Shown: positions 1 through 9,935, counted from the stretch's first letter. The stretch is DNA of 50,458 nucleotides from Candidatus Moraniibacteriota bacterium (GCA_043785755.1 JAYVWV010000033.1:1-50458); one strand, 5' to 3'. Notes: generated from the sequence alone by a model not told the origin. A program made the numbers and translations.

Positions 1-126
1 TAGGAATGTTCGGGGAAGATTAATTTTCATCCGCCAGCTGGCGGACCAATTCTCAAACAATGTTGCAATTTTTTCAATTGAAAATTGTACGGTTGGAAAT
101 TCACTGGAAATTGAAAATTCTTTGAG

Positions 127-1050
127 ATGACCTATCTTTTGGGGAAAAATATCGTGGCCACCGTGACGTACTATGATGTGCTTGATTTTCCGTTGACGGC
201 TTTCGAGGTATGGAAGCATCTTTTGGAATATGATCGCACGGAGCATACGGAGACAGCGCCAGTGACGTTGCCGGTGGTGTGGCAACTCCTTCATTCGGAA
301 CACCTTTCAGCCAAGATTGCTGAGCAGGACGGCTTTTATTTTTTGAAAGGGCGTGAGGCTCTGGTGCCGGCCCGCATCAGTCGGGAGAAGTTGTCTGTCC
401 GCAAATTGAAGGGGATGCGTCGGTTGGCACGAGTGCTCGCCTACGTGCCCTATGTCCGCATGATTGGGGCGACGGGCAGTCTCGCCATGAAGAACGGCGA
501 ACAGGGAAGTGATTGGGATATGTTTGTGGTCTTGCGGGCTGGGAAGATTTGGATGGGACGGACCGTACTCACGCTGTTTCTTCATGCCATCGGGAAACGT
601 CGCCATGGACGGAAGATTAACGACCGCGCCTGTCTCAACTACTTCGTTACCGACGAAAATTTAGAAATCGCCACCAAGGATTTGTTTTCAGCTCACGAAT
701 ACCGTTTTTTGATCCCACTCCTTTCTTTCCCACTCTTTCAGATTTTTGAAATCAAGAATCGCTGGATCAAGCATTACAAACCGAATTTCGCTCTGACTCT
801 CCTCCCTTGTTTGTGGCTGGTCCGAGAAACAACTCGTGCCCAACGTGTCCGGACAGCGCTCGAACGCATACTGAATATGCTCACGCTCGAGCCTTGGCTC
901 GCATCATGGCAAAAGGAGAAGATAGCCCGTAACCCCAAGACCTTTCTTGAGGGCAGTCTCATCGAGGCAAGTGATCAATCACTCGTTTTTCTACCGCGCC
1001 CTCGGGGGCCGCGCGTTTTTCAAGCGTTTAAGGAACGTTTGAGTATCTAA
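127..1050 (+). CDS. hypothetical protein with Pol-beta-type nucleotidyltransferase-like motif
   Basis: 307-aa ORF. The segment GATGSLAMKNGEQGSDWDMFVV fits the GS...DxD nucleotidyltransferase signature. Nothing else in the protein is recognisable. Confidence 0.45.
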   Translation: MTYLLGKNIVATVTYYDVLDFPLTAFEVWKHLLEYDRTEHTETAPVTLPVVWQLLHSEHLSAKIAEQDGFYFLKGREALVPARISREKLSVRKLKGMRRLARVLAYVPYVRMIGATGSLAMKNGEQGSDWDMFVVLRAGKIWMGRTVLTLFLHAIGKRRHGRKINDRACLNYFVTDENLEIATKDLFSAHEYRFLIPLLSFPLFQIFEIKNRWIKHYKPNFALTLLPCLWLVRETTRAQRVRTALERILNMLTLEPWLASWQKEKIARNPKTFLEGSLIEASDQSLVFLPRPRGPRVFQAFKERLSI

Positions 1051-1269
1051 GATCTCTCGTGCAGGATCTTTTTTGTGGTATACTAATAAGAGTCTCTTGG
1101 GGTTTCTGAGACAAAAATACAAGCCAATAGTAACGAGGCATGCCCGGCAGTGAAATTTCGACCATGGGCCGTTCGTTACTGTCGGTGTGCAAAGAAAGAG
1201 AAATAAAAGATAAAAATAATAACAGTCGGTTTCGATGTGAGAAACATGTCGAAATTCTACTGACCGGGT

Positions 1270-2490
1270 ATGCCGAAATTTTTTTACACGGCGAAAAACG
1301 CCACATCCGGGGAGACGTCCGGTGGTGAAATGGAGGCCAAAGACGAAAAAACGCTGGCGCAGGATTTGCGTGGCCAGGGTCTTTTGCTGACATCTTTCAA
1401 AGAAGAGAGTACAGAGTCGGCACTTCAGGTGAAGTTTTTTGATCGCTTCAAGAGGGTGCCACTGAAAGAGAAAATGACCTTCACACGCAACTTGTCGGTG
1501 ATGGTTTCTTCGGGGCTGACGGTCTCACGGGCAGTGCATAACTTGGCTTTGCAGACTGAAAACAAAACATTCCGCAAGATGCTGGACGGTGTCTATGATG
1601 ATGTTCAGGCAGGGAAGACGTTGTCGGAGGGGCTGGCTCGTTTTCCAACTGTGTTTAATGAGCTCTATGTCAACATGGTTTCCGTCGGCGAAGTGAGCGG
1701 TAACTTGGAAGAGGTGTTGGATGTCTTGGCGTTGCAGCTCGAAAAAGAAAACGATCTGCTTTCCAAAGTACGCGGTGCCCTCATTTATCCGGCAGTCATT
1801 GTTTTTGCCATGATTGCTATCGGTATTCTTATGCTGGTCTATATCCTGCCTAAGATTACCGGCGTTTTCAAGGACATGAATGTCGAGCTGCCAGCGGCTA
1901 CTCGGGCCATCATGACGTTGAGCGATTTTCTGCGTGGGCACGCTATCATGAGTATTGTCATTACCGTGTTCGCCTTTGCGTTCTTGCGCTACTTTGCCAA
2001 TACGGAAGCCGGAAAACGTTTCTTCGGGTTTATTTTTGTCCACCTCCCCATTATTGGGAGTATCGTGGTCAAGGTCAACTGCGCCCGTTTCGCTCGTATC
2101 TATAGTTCGCTCCTCAAGAGTGGTATATCGGTGGTGAATGCTCTTTCTATTGTTTGTAAGACTCTCCCGAATCCCTATTACAAGGATGCCCTTAATGAGG
2201 CTACTGCTGAGATTCAGAAAGGCGTGGAGCTCAGTACGGTCATCGGAAAATACCCAGTGCTGTTTCCTCTTCTCGTGACGCAGATTTTGGAAGTGGGCGA
2301 GGAGACGGGTAAGACAGAAACGGTACTGCGTCGCTTGGCGGAGTTCTACGAAGAAGAAGTTTCTCAGATTACCAAGAATATGTCCTCAATCATCGAGCCG
2401 ATCCTTATGCTCTTGATTGGTACCGGTGTGGGATTTTTCGCGGTGGCGATGTTGCAGCCGATGTATTCTGTTCTTGAGAACATCAAATAA
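1270..2490 (+). CDS. pilC: type IV pilus / T2SS platform protein (PilC/GspF family)
   Basis: 406-aa ORF with a duplicated GspF-type domain (…MVSVGEVSGNLEEVL… and …ILEVGEETGKTETVL…) and three hydrophobic TM segments. It sits at the head of the pseudopilin/pilMNO cluster. Confidence 0.85.
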   Translation: MPKFFYTAKNATSGETSGGEMEAKDEKTLAQDLRGQGLLLTSFKEESTESALQVKFFDRFKRVPLKEKMTFTRNLSVMVSSGLTVSRAVHNLALQTENKTFRKMLDGVYDDVQAGKTLSEGLARFPTVFNELYVNMVSVGEVSGNLEEVLDVLALQLEKENDLLSKVRGALIYPAVIVFAMIAIGILMLVYILPKITGVFKDMNVELPAATRAIMTLSDFLRGHAIMSIVITVFAFAFLRYFANTEAGKRFFGFIFVHLPIIGSIVVKVNCARFARIYSSLLKSGISVVNALSIVCKTLPNPYYKDALNEATAEIQKGVELSTVIGKYPVLFPLLVTQILEVGEETGKTETVLRRLAEFYEEEVSQITKNMSSIIEPILMLLIGTGVGFFAVAMLQPMYSVLENIK

Positions 2491-2495
2491 GGAGT

Positions 2496-3878
2496 ATGCA
2501 CGACAGGATGATCATCAATGGTAATGGTCACAAGGGCTTCACTTTGGTGGAGGTCTTGGTATTTCTTTTCCTCTTCGCTCTCATCAGCGTTGTTTTTTTG
2601 CAGACCTACGCTATCGGGACTCGTCTCATCATCAACTCTAAGAATCGTCTCGGAGCGACAGCTTTGGCTAACCAGAAGATGGAGATTGTGCGGAGTGTTT
2701 CCTACGCTTCGATTGGCACCAAGCACTGGACTGGGGCGGTTTGGGTTTATGGTATCCCGGCGGGTGACTTGTTGGAAGATGAGACGGTGGACGTTAATAC
2801 GACGCGTTACCAGGTGCACACTTTCATCCAGTATGTGGACGATGCTTTCGATGGGAAGGTGGGAAGTGGCGATCTCATCCCGAATGACTACAAACGTGCT
2901 CGGATCACAGTGGAATGGGGGAGCGGCGGAGATGATCAGTCGGTGGTGATTTTTGGAAATTTCTCGCCCAATGGAGTGGAGACTACTGCTGGTGGTGGCG
3001 TACTGTCAATCAACGTCCTTGACGGGAGTGGTGCTGGAGTCACTGATGCTACCGTGCATGTTACCAATAGTAGCGCGAGTATTGATCTTACCGCGGATAC
3101 GGACTCGACCGGCAACATTATGCTTCCTGGCGCGCCAATTGGTTCGCGGCAGTATGTGATCGCTGTTTCGAAGGATCATTACTACAGTGTGACGACCTAT
3201 GCGCCTTTTCCGACGTCGGCTTTCAATCCTAATGACTTTCATGCTTCGGTTGTGGCCAATACGCTCAATCAGAAGACGATGGTGATGGATCGATCTTCTG
3301 CTGTTACGCTGACGACGAGGGATTTTTTTGGGACAACTATTCCCAGTAGTGGCTTCACCATAATCGGCGGCCGCATTATCGGTCATGACGCTGTCACGGC
3401 CGCCAATGTCTACGGTTTTTCGCAGACTGCGACCACGGATGGTTCCGGAAGAGTTATGTATCCGGATGAAAGCGCTGGTCAATACACGGTGACGGTGACG
3501 GTTGCTGGCTATGAACTGTATAAGCTCTCTCCAGAAGGAACGACAGTGAATGGCTTTACCGCTTTGGCAGGAACGCCTGCCCAGATTACGGCTATCCTCC
3601 TCAATCAGAGCATCGGCTCAGCCTTGATCATGGTACAGAAGCAGAGTGATAGCTCTGTCATAGCGGGTGCGAGTGTGACGCTCAGTAATGCCGGACTTGG
3701 CTATTCTCAGACGGTGACGACGGATCAGTATGGGTACGCTTATTTCTCGACTGCCTTGTCAGGACTGACGGCTGCTACTTACGATATTGCCGTGACCATG
3801 AGTGGGTATAGTAATGTCGCGAGTACGATCGCTATCAACGGGACGTTACAGAAGAAGGCTATCAGTATGTCGAATTAG
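2496..3878 (+). CDS. large pseudopilin-like protein (prepilin N-terminal methylation motif plus CarboxypepD_reg/Ig-like repeats)
   Basis: The N-terminus …GHKG|FTLVEVLVFLFLFALISVVF matches the class III (prepilin) signal G|FTLxE followed by a hydrophobic helix. The rest contains about three repeats of the type GVLSINVLDGSGAGVTDATVHVTN…TDSTGNIMLPG and VIAGASVTLSN…TTDQYGYAYF, which resemble carboxypeptidase-regulatory-like beta-sandwich domains. Confidence 0.7.
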   Translation: MHDRMIINGNGHKGFTLVEVLVFLFLFALISVVFLQTYAIGTRLIINSKNRLGATALANQKMEIVRSVSYASIGTKHWTGAVWVYGIPAGDLLEDETVDVNTTRYQVHTFIQYVDDAFDGKVGSGDLIPNDYKRARITVEWGSGGDDQSVVIFGNFSPNGVETTAGGGVLSINVLDGSGAGVTDATVHVTNSSASIDLTADTDSTGNIMLPGAPIGSRQYVIAVSKDHYYSVTTYAPFPTSAFNPNDFHASVVANTLNQKTMVMDRSSAVTLTTRDFFGTTIPSSGFTIIGGRIIGHDAVTAANVYGFSQTATTDGSGRVMYPDESAGQYTVTVTVAGYELYKLSPEGTTVNGFTALAGTPAQITAILLNQSIGSALIMVQKQSDSSVIAGASVTLSNAGLGYSQTVTTDQYGYAYFSTALSGLTAATYDIAVTMSGYSNVASTIAINGTLQKKAISMSN

Positions 3879-3879
3879 T

Positions 3880-4518
3880 ATGGAGACGGGGATTTTCGCG
3901 AAAAAACTACGGGCTATAACGCTCATTGAAGTGGTGATAGCGATTGGTATAGCGTCCATCGTTATGGGTGGGTTTACGATGCTTTTTTCACGGACCTGGG
4001 ATATTAACAAGTTTATTCTTGAAGAGGGCATGGCTTCGGCTGTCGCCTCTCGAGCGACCAACAAAATTATCATCCAACTGCGGGCCGCTCAACAGGCGGA
4101 CAACGGCGACTATCCGCTCGCTTCAGCCAGCGACTTCAGTCTCACGTTTTATTCCGATGTCGATAATGATGGAGCGGTGGAAAAAGTTCATTACTTTCTT
4201 GATGATGCTCATGACCAGTTGAAGATCGGTGTCAGTAATCCGTTGGCGACCAATCCAGTGACCTATCCAGCCAGTGATGACGCCGTCGCGGTTGTGGCCA
4301 ATTACGTGGTCAATACGGCGGGCAATCCGATATTTTACTATTACAATAATAACTATCCCGGTGATCAGGCAAATAACCCGCTGGCGACACCGGCCAACGT
4401 CGGGAATATTGAGATGATTCAGATTCATCTGTACGTGAACATTAATCCGGTGCATGCGCCGGACAATATCAATATTGAATCCTTTGTTGATCTCCGTAAT
4501 CTCCACAAGTATGACTAA
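3880..4518 (+). CDS. pseudopilin-like protein (prepilin-type N-terminus)
   Basis: I chose the internal ATG at 3880, 1 nt after the upstream stop, rather than the 3802 ORF start. The N-terminus METGIFAKKLRA|ITLIEVVIAIGIASIV fits a prepilin cleavage/methylation motif with Glu at +5. Confidence 0.65.
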   Translation: METGIFAKKLRAITLIEVVIAIGIASIVMGGFTMLFSRTWDINKFILEEGMASAVASRATNKIIIQLRAAQQADNGDYPLASASDFSLTFYSDVDNDGAVEKVHYFLDDAHDQLKIGVSNPLATNPVTYPASDDAVAVVANYVVNTAGNPIFYYYNNNYPGDQANNPLATPANVGNIEMIQIHLYVNINPVHAPDNINIESFVDLRNLHKYD

Positions 4519-5959
4519 ACAACGGTATCGATCGCGCGGTTCTGTCCTAGCCTATGGTTTGGTTCTGATGTTTATGATTTCAATCATCATGACGTCGATT
4601 ATTATCTTCGTGGCGAAACAGGTGAAGTACTCCTTAGAGGTACAGGCTCGGGAGCAGGCTTTCCAGATTGCGGAATCCGGTATCCATTTTTATCGCTGGT
4701 ACTTGGCCCATCAGGTGGAGGGGCGGACGGCACAGCAGGTGGCGACTTTTTGGGCCACGGGCAATCCCTACGGAGTCGCTGCGCCATACATCGTGGAGTA
4801 CAAGGATCCGGGGGGCAGTCCGATCGGGAAATATCGGCTCGAGGTCACAGCGCCTGCCGCGGGCTCTACCATCGTCAAGGTTAAGGCGACCGGTTGGACG
4901 TACCGTTACCCGGCTGATACTCGTATCATCAATGTGCGTTTCCGTCGGCCGTCGTGGAGTGAGAGTGCCGTGCTTGCCAATGATGTCATGCGCTTCGGGG
5001 CGGGGACGGAGGTCTACGGAAAAATCCATTCTAATAATGGTATCCGTTTTGATGGCGTGGCTCATAATCTGGTGACGAGTTCACTTTCGTCCTATGATGA
5101 CCCAGACCATGGTGGCGCAAATGATTTCGCCGTCCATACTCATGTCGCGCCCGCTGATCCCTTGCCACCAGCGGCTGTCACGGACCGCCCCGATGTTTTC
5201 AAGGCTGGGCGTTCTTTCCCGGTGGCGACTGTGGACTTTAATGGTGTCTTGGGTGATTTGAGTTTTATGAAAACGTCCGCCCAGGCAAGTAATTCGTATT
5301 TTCTCGGTACAAGTGCCGGCAATATCGGCAGACAAATCACGCTCAAAGCAAACGGTACCTATGATGTCTGCCGGGTCAGTACGGCTGACGTTGGCCACTC
5401 AATTACCAAGTATGCCAGGAATGTTGGCGGCGGGACATGCAACACCTGTACAGGGAACTGTGCTGTTACCACGGCCGCCATACCGAATGATGGGGTCATC
5501 TTTGTCGAGGGTAATGTCTGGGTGAGTGGTACTATTGATACGAAGAAAGTGTCGATCGTAGCGGCCAATCTCATCGGTGGTGCGGCACCTTCGGTGTATA
5601 TCTTAAATGATATTAATTATACCAATACCGATGGTCGTGACATTATTGGAATCATTGGTCAGAATAACATCGAGATCGGTTGGGCCAGCGAGAGCGATCT
5701 TCACATCGATGGGGCACTTCTGGCGCAGCAGGGTCGAGTCGGACGCGAACACTATCTCAGTAGTGGGCTGGTTCCTGATAGTAAGGCAGTCATCACGGTC
5801 AATGGTGCCATTGCTACTAATCAGCGCTATGGTTTTGCCTGGTCGGATGGGACTGGCTATACGACCCGTAATTTGTACTACGACAACGATCTCCTCTACT
5901 CACCGCCGCCATATTTTCCGTCCGGTACCCAGTATGAAATGGATCTCTGGGAGGAATAG
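4511..5959 (+). CDS. pilus-associated protein, PilX-like N-terminal anchor
   Basis: ATG at 4511 overlaps the upstream stop by 8 nt (4511-4518). The N-terminus MTKQRYRSRGSVLAYGLVLMFMISIIMTSIIIFV is a PilX_N-like hydrophobic helix without Glu+5. A large Gly/Thr/Asn-rich extracellular portion follows. Position in the operon supports the call. Confidence 0.5.
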   Translation: MTKQRYRSRGSVLAYGLVLMFMISIIMTSIIIFVAKQVKYSLEVQAREQAFQIAESGIHFYRWYLAHQVEGRTAQQVATFWATGNPYGVAAPYIVEYKDPGGSPIGKYRLEVTAPAAGSTIVKVKATGWTYRYPADTRIINVRFRRPSWSESAVLANDVMRFGAGTEVYGKIHSNNGIRFDGVAHNLVTSSLSSYDDPDHGGANDFAVHTHVAPADPLPPAAVTDRPDVFKAGRSFPVATVDFNGVLGDLSFMKTSAQASNSYFLGTSAGNIGRQITLKANGTYDVCRVSTADVGHSITKYARNVGGGTCNTCTGNCAVTTAAIPNDGVIFVEGNVWVSGTIDTKKVSIVAANLIGGAAPSVYILNDINYTNTDGRDIIGIIGQNNIEIGWASESDLHIDGALLAQQGRVGREHYLSSGLVPDSKAVITVNGAIATNQRYGFAWSDGTGYTTRNLYYDNDLLYSPPPYFPSGTQYEMDLWEE

Positions 5960-6034
5960 GTGTCGGAGAGAGGATACTGAGGTCCGGTTTGGCAGGAGAG
6001 TGTGTTATGATGAAAGAAAAGAAAAACATCAATC

Positions 6035-7129
6035 ATGGGTCCAGGTAATAAGAAAATTTTTGACCTCTTTCCGAGTTCCTTTGGACTTGATTTGAGCGAT
6101 CTTTCTATCAAGGCCGTGTGGTTGGATCGTACCGGGGGACGGGAATCCATCATGAGCTTCGGAACAGTACCGCTCTCGCTTGGCAATGTCGTTGATGGGG
6201 AGATCATGAGTGCCGAAGCGGTCAAGAACGCCGTGCTCAATCTTTTAGAGAAGGCTGGTCCTAAGAGGTTACGGACCCGTCAGGTCATCTGCTCCCTGCC
6301 GGAGACGAAAGCGTTTCTTCGTATCATTTCTTTGCCGACGATGGAGCAAGAAGAGGTCAAGGAAGCGATCAAGTGGGAGATCGAGGCTAATATTCCGCTG
6401 ACGCTCGATCAGGTGTACTACGATTGGCAGGTGCTTGATTTTAACTTGACTCAGGAGAAGGGGAAGATGAACGTTTTGGTCGTGGCGGTGGCTCGCAGTG
6501 TGGTGGATCAGTTCACGGCGGTCTTGGAGAGCGCTGGCTTGGAAGTGGTTGGGCTTGAGACGGAATCTATCGCCCAGGCCAGGAGTCTTTTGGCCGAAAA
6601 AAATGAGGAAAGCACGACCCTCATCATCGACATCGGTGATCGGCGGACGAGTTTCCTTATCGCTATCGGGAGCACGCCGTGTTTCACCTCGAGCGTGCCA
6701 CTCTCTTCGCAGATGATCACGGAAGCTATTTCCAAGGCGCTGAAGCTGTCGTTCGAAGAAGCGGAAGCAATCAAACTCAAATATGGGCTGGGGTCGCTCG
6801 CACTCAAGAGTCCTGTTCTCAAAGCGATCGAACCCGTGCTCGAAAATATGGCGGTCGAGATCGAACGCTCGATTGATTTCTATCTCAATAATCTGAAGTA
6901 TTCGAGTACGGTGGACAGTATCGTCTTGTGTGGTGGCGGTTCGAATATGAATGGTTTACTGCCCTTCTTGACCAAGCGTCTCGGACGACCGGTAGAATTT
7001 GGGAACCCCTGGGTCAATGTCCATTTTGGCGGAGAGTTGCCGCTCATCGACCGAAAACACTCAGTACAGTATTCGACGGCCATCGGGCTAGCATTAAGAG
7101 GTTTGGACGAATATGAAGACTTTGCTTAA
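6035..7129 (+). CDS. pilM: type IV pilus assembly protein PilM (actin-like ATPase fold)
   Basis: 364 aa. The N-terminus FGLDLSDLSIKAVWL, the segment IIDIGDRRTSFLI and the segment VLCGGGSNMNGL match PilM/FtsA-like sugar-kinase-fold phosphate motifs. pilN/O-like genes follow directly. Confidence 0.8.
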   Translation: MGPGNKKIFDLFPSSFGLDLSDLSIKAVWLDRTGGRESIMSFGTVPLSLGNVVDGEIMSAEAVKNAVLNLLEKAGPKRLRTRQVICSLPETKAFLRIISLPTMEQEEVKEAIKWEIEANIPLTLDQVYYDWQVLDFNLTQEKGKMNVLVVAVARSVVDQFTAVLESAGLEVVGLETESIAQARSLLAEKNEESTTLIIDIGDRRTSFLIAIGSTPCFTSSVPLSSQMITEAISKALKLSFEEAEAIKLKYGLGSLALKSPVLKAIEPVLENMAVEIERSIDFYLNNLKYSSTVDSIVLCGGGSNMNGLLPFLTKRLGRPVEFGNPWVNVHFGGELPLIDRKHSVQYSTAIGLALRGLDEYEDFA

Positions 7130-7673
7130 TCTTCTCCCTGAAGGGAAGAAGGATGCTATCCAAAAACACCTTCTTCTGCGCTTCTTGCTGTGGCAGTTTT
7201 TCTTGCTATTCCTTTTGGAGGTGTTCTATATGGCGATTCTGATCAGTATTTTTCTTATCCTTGATCTGCAGGTGAAGGGCCAACAGAGCACCGGTAGCAC
7301 TGTCACTGTCAATCGTTCTGACGAACAGCGTTTGAATGACTACCAGCGGACTTTCAAGGAAACCAATGCGTTGGTTGATGTCATTGGAAAGATTGATCGT
7401 TCTCATGTCTATTTTTCCAAACTGTTTCCTCTTCTGGATACGCTCCTTCCGCCGGGCGTGACACTCGAGCAGTTGGCAACCGATGATTTCGCGGTCACGC
7501 TGCTCGGCAAGGCAGCGAAGCGCGAGGATCTTCTGCTTCTGGATGACAGGTTGAAAGGGGCGTCGGACTGCATTTCCGATATCGATCTGCCGGTCTCCAA
7601 TCTTTTCTCTCAGGAGAATATCAATTTTAAGGTCGTTTTTTCCATCACCCCTGCCTGTTTGAAAAATAACTGA
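7113..7673 (+). CDS. PilN-like fimbrial assembly membrane protein
   Basis: 186 aa with a single N-terminal TM helix (LLWQFFLLFLLEVFYMAILISIFLIL) followed by a periplasmic domain. It overlaps the pilM stop by 17 nt. The call rests mainly on synteny and topology. Confidence 0.5.
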   Translation: MKTLLNLLPEGKKDAIQKHLLLRFLLWQFFLLFLLEVFYMAILISIFLILDLQVKGQQSTGSTVTVNRSDEQRLNDYQRTFKETNALVDVIGKIDRSHVYFSKLFPLLDTLLPPGVTLEQLATDDFAVTLLGKAAKREDLLLLDDRLKGASDCISDIDLPVSNLFSQENINFKVVFSITPACLKNN

Positions 7674-7675
7674 GT

Positions 7676-8428
7676 ATGAAAATCGTCTTTCCTCACAACC
7701 GAAACTCTCTCTCGTGGACAGTGTTTCTCCTCCTCCTTTCCGGTATGGGGCTCATTACCTGGTTTGGTATTATACCGTTTCAGGGCCGCATCACCGAGAA
7801 AGCTGACAGTATTCAGGAATTTTTCGCGTCCCGTGAGAATCGTGAGCGACAGATTGGTAAGCTGCCGGACTTACAGAAGCAGGCTGAATCTATCGCCGCT
7901 GATGGCCCAGCCCTTCGTATCCTCCTTTCTGAGGACAAGATCGTTGATTTTGTGAAGACGCTCGAAGGATTGGCGACTGAGACGGGGACAACGATTGCTA
8001 TTCAAGCGACGGGTAAGGATGCTATTGAGGATGGCACTCTGGCTTCTGGGGAGGTGAAGAAGAAGCGTGTTCAGCTCAAAAATGAGAGCGTCCCGATATC
8101 TATTATTGACTCCCTCCCTTACAATCATTACTTGCATGTAACGGTTACGGTGGCTGGATCATACCGCGATATCATATTGTTTCTTCATAAGATGGAGACG
8201 CTGCCCTTTGGGATCGATGTTGTAGGGTTGAAGATTCGGCCTCACGCGCAGGGAAAACAGTCGGTGTTACCGAGTTCCCCTGGGAACAATCCCTTTCTTG
8301 TCCTCTCGAGCGGCACATTGGTGGCGGGGGATACTGCTTCCAATCCTTCTCCCGAGACCACAGCGAATCCTCTTCCTCTGAGTCCGCTCGAAGCGTCATT
8401 TGAGACGGTGATTTATCTCAGTAAATAG
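7676..8428 (+). CDS. PilO-like pilus assembly protein
   Basis: 250 aa with an N-terminal TM helix followed by a coiled-coil-like segment. It lies immediately downstream of the pilN-like gene. The call rests on synteny and topology only. Confidence 0.4.
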   Translation: MKIVFPHNRNSLSWTVFLLLLSGMGLITWFGIIPFQGRITEKADSIQEFFASRENRERQIGKLPDLQKQAESIAADGPALRILLSEDKIVDFVKTLEGLATETGTTIAIQATGKDAIEDGTLASGEVKKKRVQLKNESVPISIIDSLPYNHYLHVTVTVAGSYRDIILFLHKMETLPFGIDVVGLKIRPHAQGKQSVLPSSPGNNPFLVLSSGTLVAGDTASNPSPETTANPLPLSPLEASFETVIYLSK

Positions 8429-8438
8429 CTGTACGTAT

Positions 8439-8768
8439 ATGGTTGTCCCACATTTTTTCCTGCGCCTCAAGAAGTTGTCCTCCATCAAACAGCTCATGTT
8501 TTTTTGGTATCGTAACTACAAGAAGATGTTCTTTCTCGGATTTCTTTGCGTGCTGACGCTCGGGGGATATTTCTGGTACCAACATCTCTATCAGTATCAG
8601 TGGAGTCCGGAAAGAAAAAAAGAGTACCTGGAGCGCAATTTTACGGAGACTAATTTTAAGGAGAAGGCTTTCCATGATACCGTGGCTCACCTGAAGATCA
8701 GGGCGGAGAGCCTCGAGGAAGTGCCTGTTTTGACTCGGGATCTCTTTTCTGGCCAACCTCTGCAGTGA
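8439..8768 (+). CDS. small membrane protein, unknown function
   Basis: 109-aa ORF with one TM helix (FFLGFLCVLTLGGYFWY). It is the last ORF of the pilus operon. No family recognised. Confidence 0.4.
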   Translation: MVVPHFFLRLKKLSSIKQLMFFWYRNYKKMFFLGFLCVLTLGGYFWYQHLYQYQWSPERKKEYLERNFTETNFKEKAFHDTVAHLKIRAESLEEVPVLTRDLFSGQPLQ

Positions 8769-8819
8769 TCCATTTCTCCGGTTGACAACGATCTTGTTTT
8801 GGGGTAGAGTATGTAGGAT

Positions 8820-9932
8820 ATGTTTCCGCTTTCCCGAAAGGAAAAATTCAAAGCGCTTTTCCCTGGTGCTCCGGTCTTCCGTCTTCGTCAGATGGAGGAG
8901 GCGCTTTTTTCGTCATTGTTCAAAAAATTTGCTGAAGTCTCGAATATGTCGCTTGCCATGCGCGAGACACTGGAAAAGGAAATCCCCTGGCTGGCCATTT
9001 CCGAAGTGCAGGTGTTTGAAAGTGCCAAGAAAGACACTTTCAAGGCTGTGGTGGCAGTGGAGGGATCACTTTCTTCCGATGCTGGCGTGGAGAGAGGTGG
9101 TCGGGTGGAGACAGTACTCATGAAAAACGCCCGCGGGCAGTGGACGGTTTGTGTTTCTTCACAGATCGGCTGTGCTATGGCGTGCACGTTCTGCGCTACG
9201 GGTACGATGGGCTTCACACGGAACCTTTCAGCCGATGAGATTGTGGATCAAGTGCGGTTTTGGAATATCTTTATAGAGAAGTATTCTGTGATTGCCACAA
9301 TGGGCGGTTTTTTCTTCCCTCTTGATTCACGCATCAGTAATGTCGTTTTTATGGGCATGGGCGAGCCACTCGCCAACTATGACAATGTGAAGGAGGCACT
9401 CCATCTCCTGCTCACCTATACGGATATCGGCATGACGCGGATTACGGTGTCGACGGTCGGGCTGCTCCCGATGCTCCGGAAGATTTTGCTTGATCCCGAG
9501 TGGCCCGCTGTGCGCCTGGCCGTATCGCTCCACAGCGCCGATGGCGATACTCGTAAGCAAATGATGCCGAGTTCTTATGATGGTTTCTTGGATGGGTTGG
9601 TGACGTGGACAGAAGAGTATTTCCAAAAATTCGAAAGTCGTCGGAGACACCTGACGTTTGAGTACGTGATGCTGTCCAAGATTAATGATACGGAACACCA
9701 CGCTTTGGCGCTCATCAATTTTGCCCGGCGCGTGGGTAAGGTCCGGATCAATCTCATCCCGTATAATTTCACCGGCAGTGTTTACAAAGATAGCTTGCCG
9801 GGGGATTTCGAGCGTTTTCAAAAACAGTTGGAGGATGCCGGCGTCGTGGTGACGAGGCGCCGCACCATGGGTGATGATATTGCTGCTGCCTGCGGCCAGC
9901 TAGTAGTGGAAAAGAACGTTGTATCAGCATAG
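8820..9932 (+). CDS. rlmN: 23S rRNA/tRNA (adenine-C2)-methyltransferase RlmN (radical SAM)
   Basis: 370 aa with the radical-SAM cluster motif CAMACTFCATG. The segments MGMGEPLANYDNV and the C-terminal …DDIAAACGQL are typical of the RlmN/Cfr family. Confidence 0.85.
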   Translation: MFPLSRKEKFKALFPGAPVFRLRQMEEALFSSLFKKFAEVSNMSLAMRETLEKEIPWLAISEVQVFESAKKDTFKAVVAVEGSLSSDAGVERGGRVETVLMKNARGQWTVCVSSQIGCAMACTFCATGTMGFTRNLSADEIVDQVRFWNIFIEKYSVIATMGGFFFPLDSRISNVVFMGMGEPLANYDNVKEALHLLLTYTDIGMTRITVSTVGLLPMLRKILLDPEWPAVRLAVSLHSADGDTRKQMMPSSYDGFLDGLVTWTEEYFQKFESRRRHLTFEYVMLSKINDTEHHALALINFARRVGKVRINLIPYNFTGSVYKDSLPGDFERFQKQLEDAGVVVTRRRTMGDDIAAACGQLVVEKNVVSA

Positions 9933-9935
9933 CCT

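Noticed and set aside
71-84. The 14-bp perfect palindrome TTTTCAATTGAAAA and nearby GGAAATT direct repeats upstream of the first ORF, considered as an operator.
   Set aside because: This is an AT-rich low-complexity context at the window edge. It occurs once and has no partner regulator in view, so there is not enough to support a call.
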